Assembly: GCF_006345805.1 (NCBI RefSeq)
Contig: NC_042997.1
Coordinates: 106,082,001-106,146,000, forward strand
Length of the DNA: 64,000 bases
Source of the DNA: Octopus sinensis
Taxonomy: Eukaryota
Direction of reading: 5' to 3'
Below the pieces are notes generated by a model. It was given only the letters and a program-made list of their open reading frames with translations, was not told the origin of the DNA and searched no databases. Shown piece by piece: positions 38,171-51,942 of this stretch. The position numbers and the translations under genes are program-made. How positions within the stretch are numbered: position 1 is the first letter of the stretch; the number at the start of each line of letters is the position of its first letter.

Positions 38171-40518
38171 TAAGGAGTATATAGAAACTAATAACGTTTT
38201 ATGTATTAATATATTTCTCAACAGTAGTATGAAAACACTTCGTCATACTTCTGCAATGTGGTCATCGGTACATTTCCACCATATTTTGTAAGCATAGTAA
38301 AATGGGAGAGTGACCGAGTCGCACAAGTTAAAACATAGTTCCATTGCCATTGAAACTAAATTGATACTGATATAAAAGCTAAAGCAAATGCGAGTAATAA
38401 TGTGTGTACCGAAGCGCCCAGAGTTTTCAATATAATTTGCCACTACGCTACATATTGTCAACGAAACATTTAGGTGACAGACAAACTTGAACATGTATTG
38501 GGCTTAGTATCAGCCCACACGCCACGCACAGATTGTTGGAATGTTTGTGAAATGTTAATTCGTTCTGAGGACGGCTATTACTGCCAAAAGGGATTAGTAA
38601 AGACGTTCTCAGGTTTTATAATCTCGTCGAGCTTTTTAGATCGTACAATTATGTTTCATATTTGCAGAAATAAGAGAGTTAATATTTTAAATCTTGCATT
38701 TGAAATACGAGTACTGTTTATTATATTGAAGCAGGGGAAATCTTTAAAATAAACTGGTATCTCGTTGTTGTCTTCACGAAGTAGGCCTATGGTTAAAGAA
38801 GTTCCAGATGTTTCAACTTCCAACTATTCGTATGTCTAGGACTAGTTTCTAATATGACCTTTTCATTTTGAAGATCTGTTGAATTTGATTTGCAAGGGAG
38901 ATGACTACTGATTGTAACAGTTCCGGTGACTGCGTAGAGTTTGCTTGTTGTCTCGTTGTTACGAGTGTTCAGTTAACTTACAAAGATTTGTTCAAATTCA
39001 AATCCACTCAAGGATACAATCTAAGAACGAAGCAAAGAGTGCCCATACCATCGCCAGGCCTGTTAGAACTAGCAGCCAACTGTTCCTCAAATCACATCCT
39101 ACCGTCTTGAAATCGAATATCAAATACACTATAGCTCAAGACATCTCTAACCAAGTGAGATAGTGATGGCAGGAACATATCTGTTAACAGACCTGTTCGA
39201 TTTTCAATCATAGTTGATCTGAAAGGTTAGGCAATATCATCGATTCGTAATGAGTTGGGCTTCTCAGACATTTCCCCTGGCCTACCTCTCCATTGTGTTT
39301 GTGTACCATGCGAACAATATAATGTAAAATGACGGGAAACCATATAGCAGACAATAGATTAATCAATCTATTGACACTATATTAATCGGTATTTAATTGA
39401 ATATAAATAGTTCAAATCTCGCTATTTTCAACTTTGCCTTTTACACATCCAGGGTCGAAAAAGTATCAATCTACTCCTGGAATCGATATTACCGACTATA
39501 ATCGACAAAAAACTTTGTATCTATATAAAAAAAAATCAACTTCATTTAATTTCATGTTACATTTATAATCAGATGGATTAGCTTGGCTCTTTCTAACAAT
39601 TAACTCAGTTTTAGACACAGTTACAGAGCAGCACGCCCACATATTCTGATTTTGACTTTCTTGCACGAAATTTCCTTTGTGTTATAAACATTGGAAACTC
39701 TTGTTTACAACAATGATTCGTGTCTGGGAACAGCGAAAGGCTCTCTACACATTTTTTAGACTCATGAGTTGCGTTTAGCCAATTGAGACTACTTCAAACT
39801 TCCCATACTACAAACTTCGCGTAACGCCGCTATGTATATCGCATGCCTCTAGGAACACGCATAGCTTAATTTGAGAACTACTGGTATAAGAATCCTATCC
39901 AAAGTCGCTTGCCATGAGAAAAACAACAAAGCATCCATATCTCTTACAAATCCCACCCCCACTTTCTTATGAAAAAGAAAGGCTCTTTTGAAAAGCCTAG
40001 ATAAACTATGTTTGAAAATAAAGATTAGGATGTATTTGATCACAGAAGTCTGGTCGATCATGACTGACGTGGCACTAAACAGCAACAACTACTTGTAAAG
40101 ACACTGGCTCCACTGGGTTGGGTTCTACAAGATATACATTATACGAAGACAGTCTCCATCTGATAACCCCAACAATCCAGAAATTTATGGTTCTTTACTG
40201 CTTTAATTTATTAGAAACTTTAAACCATAAAATTTACAACCATAAAATCTTTCAATTTTACGTACTATATTTCATGAAAACATAACTACTAGAATAACAT
40301 CAAAGAGTATTTAACGTTGATATATCAGCAAATTTATGGAATTATTAAGGGCTTTTGTATAAAACAGTTCAACTAATTGTCAGATAATGCCGACATGTTA
40401 CTGCTTATGTCTCCCACTGTTAAACAAGTATGTTCCACAGTTACTAATCTTAACCTAGCGTCTACGTTAATTCAAACGTTTTGTACTTAGTTACTTATAC
40501 TCGTACTTACATTTATAA

Positions 40519-40556
<38 letters not shown>

Positions 40557-41185
40557 CATACATACATACGCACACATACACACACACACACTCATAGACA
40601 TGTATATATATGTGTGTGTGTGTGTGTCTATATAGATATATATATGTTTATATATATATGTATGTATATATATGCATAAATATGTTTATATATATATATA
40701 TATATATACATTAACAAAATGAGATAACAAAGCCAAGGCTGTGAATAGTTTTTAGGACATGTATATATATATATATATATATGTTTATAGATGTGTGTGT
40801 GTGTATGTGTGTGTCTATATATGTATGTATGCATGTATGTGTGTGTATTCGTTTTTGTTTTGCTTTTGCGTTTTATTGGGGGGTGGGGGTCGGATCTATG
40901 TAATTCTTAACTATCACACCGAAATAATGTTGCTTTTTGTTTTAATGCCACTTAGAAAAAAATTATATACTTTAAACACCACTCACAATACAGATCTTTA
41001 TTATGCGTATTAACGACCTTCTTGACAAATCTAATTACGTTTCTTTACCGAAACTAAGGAGACTGGCGACGTGTCTGATCATACGAAGGATGTTATATGA
41101 ACAAGTATGCTTCAAACAAGGGGTTCGTTTCACTACCTTCCTCTCTCTGTCTCTCTTTCTCTCATTTTCTCTCTCTCTCTCTCTC

Positions 41186-41225
<40 letters not shown>

Positions 41226-41629
41226 CATACATACATATAATATATATATATATATATATACACATACATGTGTGTATGCGTGTGTTTATACATATTTGCA
41301 TTTACACGTGTGTGAGCGGAAACCTACAAACACACAGACACGTATGTGTACTTTACTGTTCTGTTATGGTAGAACCATCGAAAAATGTATTCCATCCGGA
41401 GAGAAATAAATATCATTTAATGTAAGCTGTGTTAATAAAAGACCTACTAATAGTTTCTTACCACTGAGACACAAAGCATATTATCAAAATCTGTTTAACC
41501 ACTTGTCTCCATGACAAGAAACTATTGGTAGCACTTATACAATGTAAATTAAATAATGTGTGTGTGCGCGTGTGTGTGTTGTTATGTAGGTATGTGTGCA
41601 TGTTTATGTATGCATGTAATTTAAACATC

Positions 41630-41830
41630 TTTTATCTTTTATCTCTTACTTGTTTCAGACATTGGATTGCAGCCATGCTGAGGTGGCGTCTTGAAGAGCT
41701 TATTCGAATACTTGTTTTAAGCCACGTACTTATCCTATCAATCACTTTTTGCCCGAACCGCTATAAACAAACCAACATAGGTCGTCAAGTGCTGGTGGGT
41801 AATAAACGCAAAGACAAAGATACAAACACT
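41630..41830 (-). mobile_element. Family A SINE 3' half, degenerate
   Basis: CTTACTTGTTTCAGACATTGGATTGCAGCCATGCTG. Confidence 0.65.
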
Positions 41831-41864
41831 GACGCACACACACACACACAAACATAAACACACA

Positions 41865-41910
<46 letters not shown>

Positions 41911-41914
<4 letters not shown>

Positions 41915-42207
41915 CGTGATCACCGTGATTGACCAGGCTATCAGATGTTGCTACACATCGATGGTCACAATGCGCTTCGCATTGTTTTAGCCTTCAAATG
42001 ACGCCACCCCGCTGGCTAAGCGAGCAAGCCAACAGAAGAAAGAGTGAGAGAAAGTTGTGGTGAAAGAGTACAGCAGGGATCGCCACCACCCCCTGCCGGA
42101 GCTTCGTGGAGCTTTAGGTGTTTTCGCTCAATAAATACTCACAACGCCCGGTCTGGGAATCGAAACCGCGAGTCCGCTGCCCTAACCACTGGGCCATTGC
42201 GCCTCCA
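41911..42207 (-). mobile_element. Family C SINE with tail Z
   Basis: Same head and body as 28253 and 45091, but the tail is TTGGCTTGCTCGCTTAGCCAGCGGGG...TCACGGTGATCACGGTGA, ending in (TA)n. Confidence 0.85.
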
Positions 42208-42218
42208 TACACACACAC

Positions 42219-42262
<44 letters not shown>

Positions 42263-42442
42263 ATAAGTATTTGAGTAGTTGAATGAATTATCTTATGTAT
42301 AATTCGGTTAACCGATACCTGGGTAGCAAATTCACATCAGAGAAGACACGTTTGAAGTTACGTGCTTTCGTGTGGAAATTTGTATGTTTTTTTTTAAATA
42401 TAAATATATGAAAGAATAGAGTTGAACGACGAATTAACAAAA

Positions 42443-42541
42443 TTCCTTTATTTTCGACATATGTTTCGAAGGCTGCATATTCCTAATTGCGAAGGAATAA
42501 GGAGTATATTATGCCGCTTTCTCATCAGGAAAAGCAAGGAA
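42443..42541 (-). ncRNA. Type I hammerhead ribozyme
   Basis: Minus strand TTCCTTGCTTTTC-CTGATGA-GAAAGCGGCATA...TATGCAGCCTTC-GAAA-CATATG-TC-GAAAATAAAGGAA. All core nucleotides are present; stem I 11/13 pairs, stem II 10/12 pairs with a G-C closing pair, palindromic stem III ACATATGT, GUC cleavage triplet. Confidence 0.8.
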
Positions 42542-43183
42542 CTTTTGTCAACATCAAGATGCACAAAACACTTTTAGATGACTGCTCACACGGAGCCCAT
42601 AGTGAAAATGAGTGTCTCTTTAAAAAATTCCTTTATAAGGAGTGACGTCAAAACGGTTGGATGTAGAAGAATCTAGAAGGTTCTAAAGGTTCAAGGGTTC
42701 AAACGAAGTAGGAGAAGAGAGGCATAAGAATAGGAAGGTGAAAGGGTGCAGTTCAAATGAATGGTGAATTTTCTTTTGTGAGTGAGTGTCTGTGTGTGTG
42801 ACTGTATACATCTGTCCTACAGATGCATGCACTGGCAAAAACACACCTTTCAATCATATGAATAATGATTAATATAGATAGCCCCTTGAATTTTAATTAA
42901 TATAACTCTTTTTTATATATTTCACCCCCATAGTCAAAAAATTCTTTTTATACTTTCAAAGAACTACTACTCAATCCAGTGAGTATGTGTTACCTTTGTC
43001 CTTATACCTCGCCTTCCTCTTTCTCTCTCTCTTTCCCTCTATCTATAGTAAGCACATTTAAATACACAGACACAAACCATTCACCTCAACATTGTCTGTT
43101 TTCTGACACCCACCCATCCTCAAACACAATCACGCACACACATACACACACATTCAATACATCCTATAACGATATTTTTCAAC

Positions 43184-43232
<49 letters not shown>

Positions 43233-43317
43233 ACGTATATACATTTGTGAATATATATATGTACACATACACACATATACATGCCTATATATATATATAT
43301 TTATATATACGTATGTA

Positions 43318-43348
<31 letters not shown>

Positions 43349-43529
43349 ATGTATGTATGTATGTATGTATGTATGTATGTATGTATGTATGCATGCATGT
43401 GCATTCGAACACACACTCATACACACATAGAACTTGTGAAAGTTCTATGAAATTAATTAAAAAGGGTATAACGTTTTATTATCCGGTATAGATCGTTCAA
43501 ATTATACACGTAAGCAGAGCAGTTCTTTC

Positions 43530-44800
43530 TCTACATAAAGGTACAATTCTGCACAGTGTCCATCACAAGCGATGCATTTTCAGCATCGATGAACTCGACT
43601 CTTGAATCTTCCTTGTAAAATCTAAGCTGCATACTGTTGCACCTACTTCTTCACAGCCAATTTCACCCCATCTGCATCATCAGGTTGTTGTCTCCGAAGA
43701 TTGTCGTTCATTGGACCGAACAGTTGGAAATCGGAGAGCGCCAGTTCAGATTTATACGGTAATGCGTGGCTAGGGACGCTGACCTTCCCGACTGGTCGAT
43801 TGTCTGATTTGTTGCCAAAGATGTGTATGGTCTCACATTGGCATTCTTCTTCGATCACTTCCTCTTAAACGCTTCTCTCAGCTTCTTAAGTGTCTCAGTA
43901 TACTGCTTGCTTTCGTTCCAGAAAATCGAGAATAATGGCACCATTGAGATTTTTGAAAACAGTCACCATAACTTTCTATGCCGAATGCTAGCTATTGAAG
44001 TTCTTAGACCTTGGAAAAGGGGTGTGTTGCCATTCGATGGAATATATTTCTTTACTGCCCACAAAGAGCTAAACATAGAGGGGACAAATAAGGACAGACA
44101 AAGGGATTAATTCGATTACATCGACGCCAGTGCGAAACTGGTACTTTATTTATCGACCCCGGAAGGATGAAAGGCAAAGTCGACCTCGGCGAAATTTGAA
44201 CTCAGAACGTGACGACAGACGAATTACCGCTAAGCATTTCGCCAGGCGCGCTAACGTGTCTGCCAGCGTTTGTTTCCGGAATGATACGGCTACATTTCAT
44301 CCCTTGTCACTCAACCTTCAATGGCTTCAAACGTTTGCGAAAGATTACAACAGATTTCCACTCTTCTCAACTTTAAATCGGGTGTCAATAATAGAGGTTG
44401 CGCACACTTTCCAATGCCCAATGTTTTATGCCATCGTCTGTAATACAATGTGAACACATTGTGACCACAGTCCAGTTGTGCAGCAAGCTTGTGGATTCTG
44501 AATCGTCAGTCCACGTAAATTAATTTGTTTACATGCCGGCGATTCATGTCAGTTATCGCAGTTGCTGATTTCCTGCAGCATGGTTTGTCTTGAAGGCTGG
44601 TTTCTCCTTCGTTAAACTTCTTCATCCATTCGTGCCCGTTGCTCTTGTCACTGCTATCATTTCTGTAAACAACCTGTCGTCTCTTGTCTTGGTGTCGGAG
44701 AGCCCGCACGCACGCTTCCTTCTTCAAGAACCTAATGACAGTACGTTCCTTCTACTTGGAACCCACATTTTGTCAGCAATGAAGAAGAGTTACTACATAG
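43530..44800 (-). mobile_element. Mariner transposase fossil interrupted by a SINE
   Basis: WMKKFNEGETSLQDKPCCRKSATA (HTH region) at 44506-44727 and LPYKSELALSDFQLFGPMNDNLR (YSPDLAPSDF-like) at 43643-43858. Confidence 0.75.
44047..44270 (-). mobile_element. Family B SINE monomer with complete Tx1-like tail, inserted in the mariner fossil
   Basis: The minus strand ends TTTGTCCCCTCTATGTTTAGCTCTTTGTGGGCAGTAAAGAAA. Confidence 0.8.
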
Positions 44801-44992
44801 AGTGAGTTGCTCTAACAATAACGGCAATGGGAATGACCTATGCCATTTAATACAAGAGTTATGCCCACTTTTGATTTAATTTCAAAGCAACACAAGTACT
44901 TACGCATATATATATATATATACACAAACAGATATCCACACACATATGTCTGTGTATGTATATGTACCTGCATTTATATAATGCATAAACAT

Positions 44993-45024
<32 letters not shown>

Positions 45025-45058
45025 GCGTACACTTATACACACATACACACGCACACAT

Positions 45059-45090
<32 letters not shown>

Positions 45091-45473
45091 GGAAGCACTC
45101 CGTCGGTTACGACGACGAGGGTTCCGGTTGATCCGAATCAACGGAACAGCCTGCTCGTGAAATTAACGTGTAAGTGGCTGAGCACTCCACAGACACGTGT
45201 ACCCTTAACGTAGTTCTCGCGGATATTCAGCGTGACACAGAGAGTGACAAGGCCGGCCCCTTGAAATACAGGTACAACAGAAACAGGAAGTAAGAGTGAG
45301 AGAAAGTTGTGGTGAAAGAGTACAGCAGGGATCACCACCATCCCCTGCCGGAGCCTCGTGAAGCTTAAGGTGTTTTCGCTCAATAAACACTCACAACGCC
45401 CGGTCTGGGAATCGAAACCGCGATCCTATGACCGCGAGTCCGCTGCCCTAACCACTGGGCCATTGCGCCTCCA
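45091..45473 (-). mobile_element. Full-length family C SINE with tail X (tRNA-Arg-like head)
   Basis: GGAGGCGCAATGGCCCAGTGGTTAGGGCAGCGGACTCGCGGTC...GGTTTCGATTCC, with TCG at the anticodon-equivalent position; the tail ends CGTAACCGACGGAGTGCTTCC. Confidence 0.88.
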
Positions 45474-45512
<39 letters not shown>

Positions 45513-45859
45513 TGCATGCGCTCCAAAACAAAGACAGATGGACATGCACATATGCATTCATAAATGCACTTTTAGATGTACAAATATTCACTATTCCCTT
45601 TTCATTCCCTCAAGCACTCACTCATTCCGTCTCAAGCTCATACACACCCTCCTCACTACCTCAACAGCTTTCCATGGTTGCACGCGTCGTTTCATACTTA
45701 ATTGCCTCTCTGTTGAAAATTCTCGCACAATCTGATCTCTCGTGCAAGTTATGTAAACAATAACTATGATAGCCTGTTTATACAGCAGGCCATCAGTCTT
45801 TTTGTAATGGCTGCTAATAATGCTGGTGGTTGCTTTTTTTAGGCGGGCGAGAGGGAGCC

Positions 45860-45984
45860 GGTGTGGGTGGCGATAATGATGAGGGTGGTGGTGATGGTGA
45901 TAATAAAAGTATTGGTGGAGCTGAGACTGATGATGGCTACGACGTCGACGGTGATGATGACGGTGATGATGATGATGATGACGG

Positions 45985-46025
<41 letters not shown>

Positions 46026-46090
46026 GTGGTATTGTTGGTGGTGGTGGTGGTAAATGTCAAAGTGATGGTAGTGTACGTGATGCAATGATT
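45860..46090. repeat. (GAT)n/(GGT)n trinucleotide mosaic
   Basis: Direct reading. Confidence 0.9.
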
Positions 46091-46833
46091 TCTCTCTCTC
46101 TCTTTCTTTCTCTCTCTCTCTCCCTCTCTCTCCCTTTCTCTTTGTCGCAGTCGATTTCCTTCCAACTGTGCTCTAGCTTTCTTTTCTTTCTTTCTGTAGT
46201 TCTTTATTTTTGTTAATATTTACGTTTACTAGGTTTCGTTAGCATAGTGCCGGTCAAAAGTGACGGGGTCTATTTCTAAGAGGAATACATTCTGCAAAAT
46301 TAACATTGTTTGTATAACAGTAACTAAATATATATTATCAGTTCTGTCTAGCAAGCAATTCATTTGAAAAGCGACTATAACAGTGAATGGAGAAAAGATA
46401 ACAAACAAAAATGAGGGAATCGTTTAAGCCAATAACAAGTCACTGTCAAACAGTTGTTTCCATTTGGTGAAAACCAGTATCGTCAGCAGTAGGTTTCCAA
46501 GACGTTAATTGCTGTCCGTATATACATACATGTACATGCAGGCGTAAATAATAGCTACTTTGTTTTTGTTCGGGAATCTCTTTTTAAAGTAGAGGAAATA
46601 GCTAAGTTTCTCTGACTGCTATTTCTAAACTTCGGTATGTGGTAAAGCAAATCTTTGCTGAACCCTAATTATAAAATATTACTCAAGTTTACCGAGAAAT
46701 GGTCCCTTGTCATGCCGAATTCTACTTGGTGAAATTATTGATTACTAGTTAATTAATTAATTTTACCCTTTGTTACTATTGATAATATAATTTTCTCCCG
46801 GATAACAAACTGCAGATTGATAGATAGACAGAC

Positions 46834-47119
<286 letters not shown>

Positions 47120-47991
47120 CATATATATATACATATATATACGTATATATACTGACCACTTCACGTTGGCTTTCATTGAATGTATGGCCAGCTTTCGATT
47201 ACTTTTTCCTGTCCCTAAACGACTAATTAAGGATTATCACTTTGATATATGTCTCAACCAATTTTGTATTGAATCGCTTGCATCTATTAATGAATGAAAC
47301 AAAAAGAACATTTGTGATTTTGTGAGAGCATGTATGTATGCGTTTGTGACTGTACGTCTATGTGTGTATGTATGCGTGCGTGTACGCACGTGCGCTTTTG
47401 TGCGTGTGTGTTGTGTGTGCGTACGTATGTGTGTGGGTAGATTTACGATGGATAGATAGATGGATGAATGAATAGATGCATAGATGGATAGGTGGATGGA
47501 AGAATGAATGGATGGATGGATGGATGGATGGATGGATGGATGGATGGATGGATAGACGGGCGGATGGATGAACAGATTAGTGGATTCCAATCGAAGGAGA
47601 AGATATATCAATAAATGGGTGGATGGATATATAAATAGATTGGCAGAAAGACAGACAGATACATACATACATACACATACATACATACATACATACATAC
47701 ATACATACACACATACATACATACATATATACATACATATATACATACATACATGCATACATACATAGGCAGTTATATATAGATACATAGAGAAACAGAG
47801 GCAAGGAGAGATAGAACGAGATCAATAGATAAACTGAGAGACATTCAGCCAGACTGATAGACAAACAGAATCAACTTCATCACAACTCGGTGGGTGGGGG
47901 GGAGTGATGGATAGATGAAAGGATGGATGGATGGACGAACGGGTCGATGGATTTCAATGGATGGAGTGGTGGATGTATTAATAAACGGGCG

Positions 47992-48074
<83 letters not shown>
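47992..48074. repeat. (GATA)n array abutting the 3' end of Tx1 copy 1
   Basis: Direct reading. Confidence 0.95.
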
Positions 48075-48075
<1 letters not shown>

Positions 48076-48455
48076 TGTTTCTTTATTAGCCACACAGGGC
48101 TGCACACAGATAGAACAAATTACAAGGTAGAGCTTTTCTTTTGGGGGTAAAAAAAAGGGAGTGGTGGTTTTCGATCAAAAGGGATCGTAAAAGGAAAGAA
48201 AGAGGACAAAAAAAAGGGAGGGGTTAATAAAAAAATTTAAAAAAAAAAGGTGGGGGGAGAGCAAAAAAATTGATCAATAGGGATCGTTATCACAGAAATG
48301 TCAATATGAAGTGTAAAGGGGAGAACAGGTGAGGTTTACCCGTGGAAAGAAAAGCCTACGGAAAAGACCACGTAACCTCGGTCAATGAAGTCACATGTTA
48401 TATTTCTTTTTTTTTTTTTTGCAAATAAGCAACTCTCTGTATTAATTTTTACGGT

Positions 48456-51400
48456 TCATAGAATCATAGTCAAGGTGGCTTCGTCATTCATACGTGCCAT
48501 CCTTGCTACATTCACCCATCTTTTTTTAAAACATTCACTAGACAAAACTTGCCTCTCTACTCTCACTTTCCTCTTCAAGTGATACTTGAAGAACTTGATG
48601 AGAGATTGACCAGAGAGGAAAGTGTTTGTCTCTAATCCTTTCAGGCGCGTCCACCAGATACATTCTTTCGCCATAGCCACAAGTATGATAAAAATAGCTC
48701 TTCCTTCCCGTTTGAAGGAAGGAGGCGTGACGATATTAACGATAGACTCGGCTGATAAACCGACACGTCCCACACGTGACAGCAGTCGTTCGACATAAGC
48801 CCACAGGTCGGAAATTGCTGGACACTGCACGATTGCGTGCAGAGCGGTTTCGTCGCTCTGCCCGCATCTCGGGCAGGTCGGCCCCGTGTTTCTCGAGCCA
48901 TACCTATAGAGCTTATCCCTAACGGGTAGCGCTTCTTGGTAGCACCGCCAGGCCAGGGATCTCTGGAAGTTGTCCATAGGTCCCGGGCCGAAAGTCGTTT
49001 GAAACAGGCGGGTCAGGTATTCCTCGTCGACGCCCAGGTTTGCCCCGAGCTCGTCGTCGTACCTCCCCTCCACTAATCCCCTATAAAATGCTTTGGTTGT
49101 GTTGAAGTTACTCAAGGTCGACCCGGGACGGCAGAGTTGCTTGAGAGCAACGCGACACTCGCGGTGCCATTCGCCCTTCCTCGGCCTCTTTTTGATCCAC
49201 GGCTGTAGTTCGGTCATGGAGACGAGTTGCGGGAATGCGTGCCTCACAAACGGCGACCACACCTGTTCACCGTCGTCTACATAGAGCCGGAGATGTCGCA
49301 GTCTCAGCGCGTGTCTGCGCATCATCAACCACGGCATGCCCAGCCCTCCTTTTAACGGGTGTTGACAGCAAATGGATCGCCTGACCATCGGGACGCATCC
49401 TTTCCACAAGAAGCGGAAGAGAATGCGTTCTAGTTTCGTGATGGTAGGGTCGGGACATGGTACGACGATCAGGCGGTAGTAGATGATGGACGCGATGTAC
49501 GCGTTCACCACCTCCGCCCGACCTTTTAGGGACAGTTTCCTCTCGGCCCATTGCTGGGCGAGAGTGACCACCCTACTCGTTATCTCGTTCCAGTTCTTCT
49601 CCATTTGGAGGTCCGGACCGAACCAGACCCCGAGCAACTCAACCGGGCCGTCTGTCCAGCGTCCCACGACGGAGGTACTGGTGGGCGGCATGGGCTTGCT
49701 TCTCCAGGTGCCGAGCCGCAAGCCCACTGACTTTTCCCGGTTGATTTTTGCTCCTGTCACCGCTTCGTAGTCTTTCAGTGTCTCGCCGACCCGCTCGATG
49801 TGCTCGTGGCTTGACACTATGACGGTGACGTCGTCCGCGTATGCAGACACGCTCGTCCCGCATCCCAATTCTCGCGGGATGCTCCTTAGAATCGCCAGCT
49901 TCCGCAGTAGTGGCTCAAGAGTCAATACGTATAGAAGCGCCGAGAGGGGGCATCCCTGACGGACCGAACGTGCAATGTCGAAAGGTCTCGATAGATGTCC
50001 ATTTACGCGAATTACCGAACGGATGCCTCTGTACAAGGCAGCTATCCAGCCGCGGAAGACGGGACCGAAACCAGCCGCTCTCAGGACTGCCTCCAAGTAT
50101 CGATGGTCTACCCTATCAAAGGCTTTCGATTGATCCAAGTTGATCAGGGCCCCACCCATGCCAGGTTCGTTAACTACCCTGTCTATGATGTAGCGCATCA
50201 GATGGAGGTTGTCATGGATGCTCCGGCCCGGCACGGCGCACGTTTGTGCGTTGTCGACCAGTTTCTCTATGACAAGCGCCAACCTCTTGGCTAACACCTT
50301 TGTCAAAATTTTCAGGTCTGCATTGAGCAGCGTGATTGGTCTAAAGTTATCTATAATGTTTCCCTTGTTTGGATATTTCTTCAGCAGAGTTACAGCTCCT
50401 CGACTCACAAAAGCGGGTATGCTCCCGTTTTGCTGCCAGTTGCAGTATACCGCTGCCAAGACGTCCCCAAACAAGTCTGGCATACAATTGTAAAACTCGT
50501 AGGGTAGACCATCCAAACCCGGTGATTTGTCTCTCGAGCATTCTGCTATCGCTTCCTGCACTTCCGCCGCCGTGATGGCACCTTCGCAGCACCCTGCCTT
50601 TCTTGTCGAGAGTCGTGGCAGGCTATGTAGGTAGGCACTGAAGTCCACCCTACGTTCTTGCCCTCCACTCGTCCCGAACAGTCGGGCAAAATGCTGCTGA
50701 AAGGCCTCACACATTTTATTTGGCTCGAGCAATTCGCGCCCCTGTTCATCTACCAGTGACTGAATGGTGGCTTTGTTGCCTTGTTGCGCCTCTGCCACCC
50801 GGGCCTCTCTCGCGGCTCCAACACCTTCGTTCCTTAGAGCACGCATCCTAGCTCTGACAGCACATCCTTCGTGTTTGGCGTTGAAGTGTTGGTCGAGGGC
50901 CAACCTCGCCGCCAAAACGTCGGATGCGATGCCGCTTCTAATTGCCTCTTCTAGCTTCTTAACTAGCTCACCCTCTACTCTATTTCTATCTATGGCTAGT
51001 GATTTGCTGTACCTAATCGCTTCTGCTTTTACTGCTCTCTTGAGGGCAAACCACCATTTGTTGTTGATGATGGCTCCCGTCAAAGCCCTCTTTACTAGTG
51101 TGCTAATCCGGTCTCTGAAAACTTGTCTGGACGGGAATGATGCGTTCAGTTTCCAGTACCCAGGACCCTGTCTATGTGCTTTATCTAAGTCTAGCGTACA
51201 CGTCACCAATTTGTGATCCGTGTAGCTGACTGTGTGGAATTGTGGACATCCTAAGTTATCCTTGTCTACTGTCCTACACAGTATCCTATCTAGATACGAT
51301 CTCGACGACCCACTGCGGTTGCTCCATGTCCACGTTGGTGCATTTGGGTGGTCGAGTCGGTACCTGTCAGACAGTTGGAATCGTCTGAGCAGGTCTCTGA

Positions 51401-51892
51401 GGCATTTGCATCCCCTTCTGTTTCTGTCTCTACCCACGTAGTCTACATGCGTGTCCAAGGTAGCATTCCAATCCCCCACTAAGAGTAAAGGACGAGACGT
51501 TCCCAAGAATACTTCTAGACGTCGAAAGAAATCCGCCCGACCTGTTAAGGGCGGTGCGTAGACTGATACGAGTCGAAAAGCGCACCCATTGCTGCCGTCA
51601 ACATCCAGAACGACCAGTCTACCCTCCGGGTCTACGAATATCGTCTTGACTTCGAGATCCAGGCTCTTGTGAAAAAGTACCGCGGTGCCACTACCGCCCA
51701 TCCTCGGCAGACAGGGAGTGAAATAAATGTTAAACTGTCCGCCAAACATGGACTTTAGGGCCCGTGGCTCGTGGAGTCTGGTCTCACTTATGGCTATGAT
51801 TCCAAATCATGTGACTTGATGTCATTTAGGAGGTATCCTTGTTTCCAAGGAGACCCCAAGCCACGCGCATTCACACAACCAATCTTGACCAT
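48456..51892 (-). CDS. Tx1-like ORF2p: APE endonuclease, reverse transcriptase, C-terminal zinc finger; one frameshift near 51800
   Basis: The 1097-aa open frame has SVYAP, GDWNA, SYLDRI, YTDHK, WKLN, PGLDGLP, FRPITLLNAD, DQSKAFDRV, RQGCPLS, YADD and CPRC...H...C. The true start MVKIGCVNARGL...DL lies at 51892 in another frame and joins IIAISETRL. Confidence 0.9.
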
Positions 51893-51942
51893 GATTCTAT
51901 TGGGGTGTGTGCTTTAAAACACAAAAATGAAAGTACAGAGAG

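Noticed and set aside
38553-38600. CTGAGGA-CGGC...GCC-AAAA hammerhead-like remnant
   Set aside because: G12 is lost and stems I and III could not be formed; at best a decayed copy.
40998-41105. Open frame with a GTATGC donor (MRINDLLDKSNY...)
   Set aside because: The acceptor lacks a pyrimidine tract and no homology was recognised.
45400-45473. tRNA-Arg gene (also the heads at 28.5, 42.2 and 16.9 kb)
   Set aside because: A and B boxes are present, but the sequence continues into SINE body without a proper acceptor stem or terminator.
45618-46216. Poly-His, poly-Asp and poly-Met ORFs
   Set aside because: They are different frames of one (GAT)n/(GGT)n tract, with no splice or domain context.
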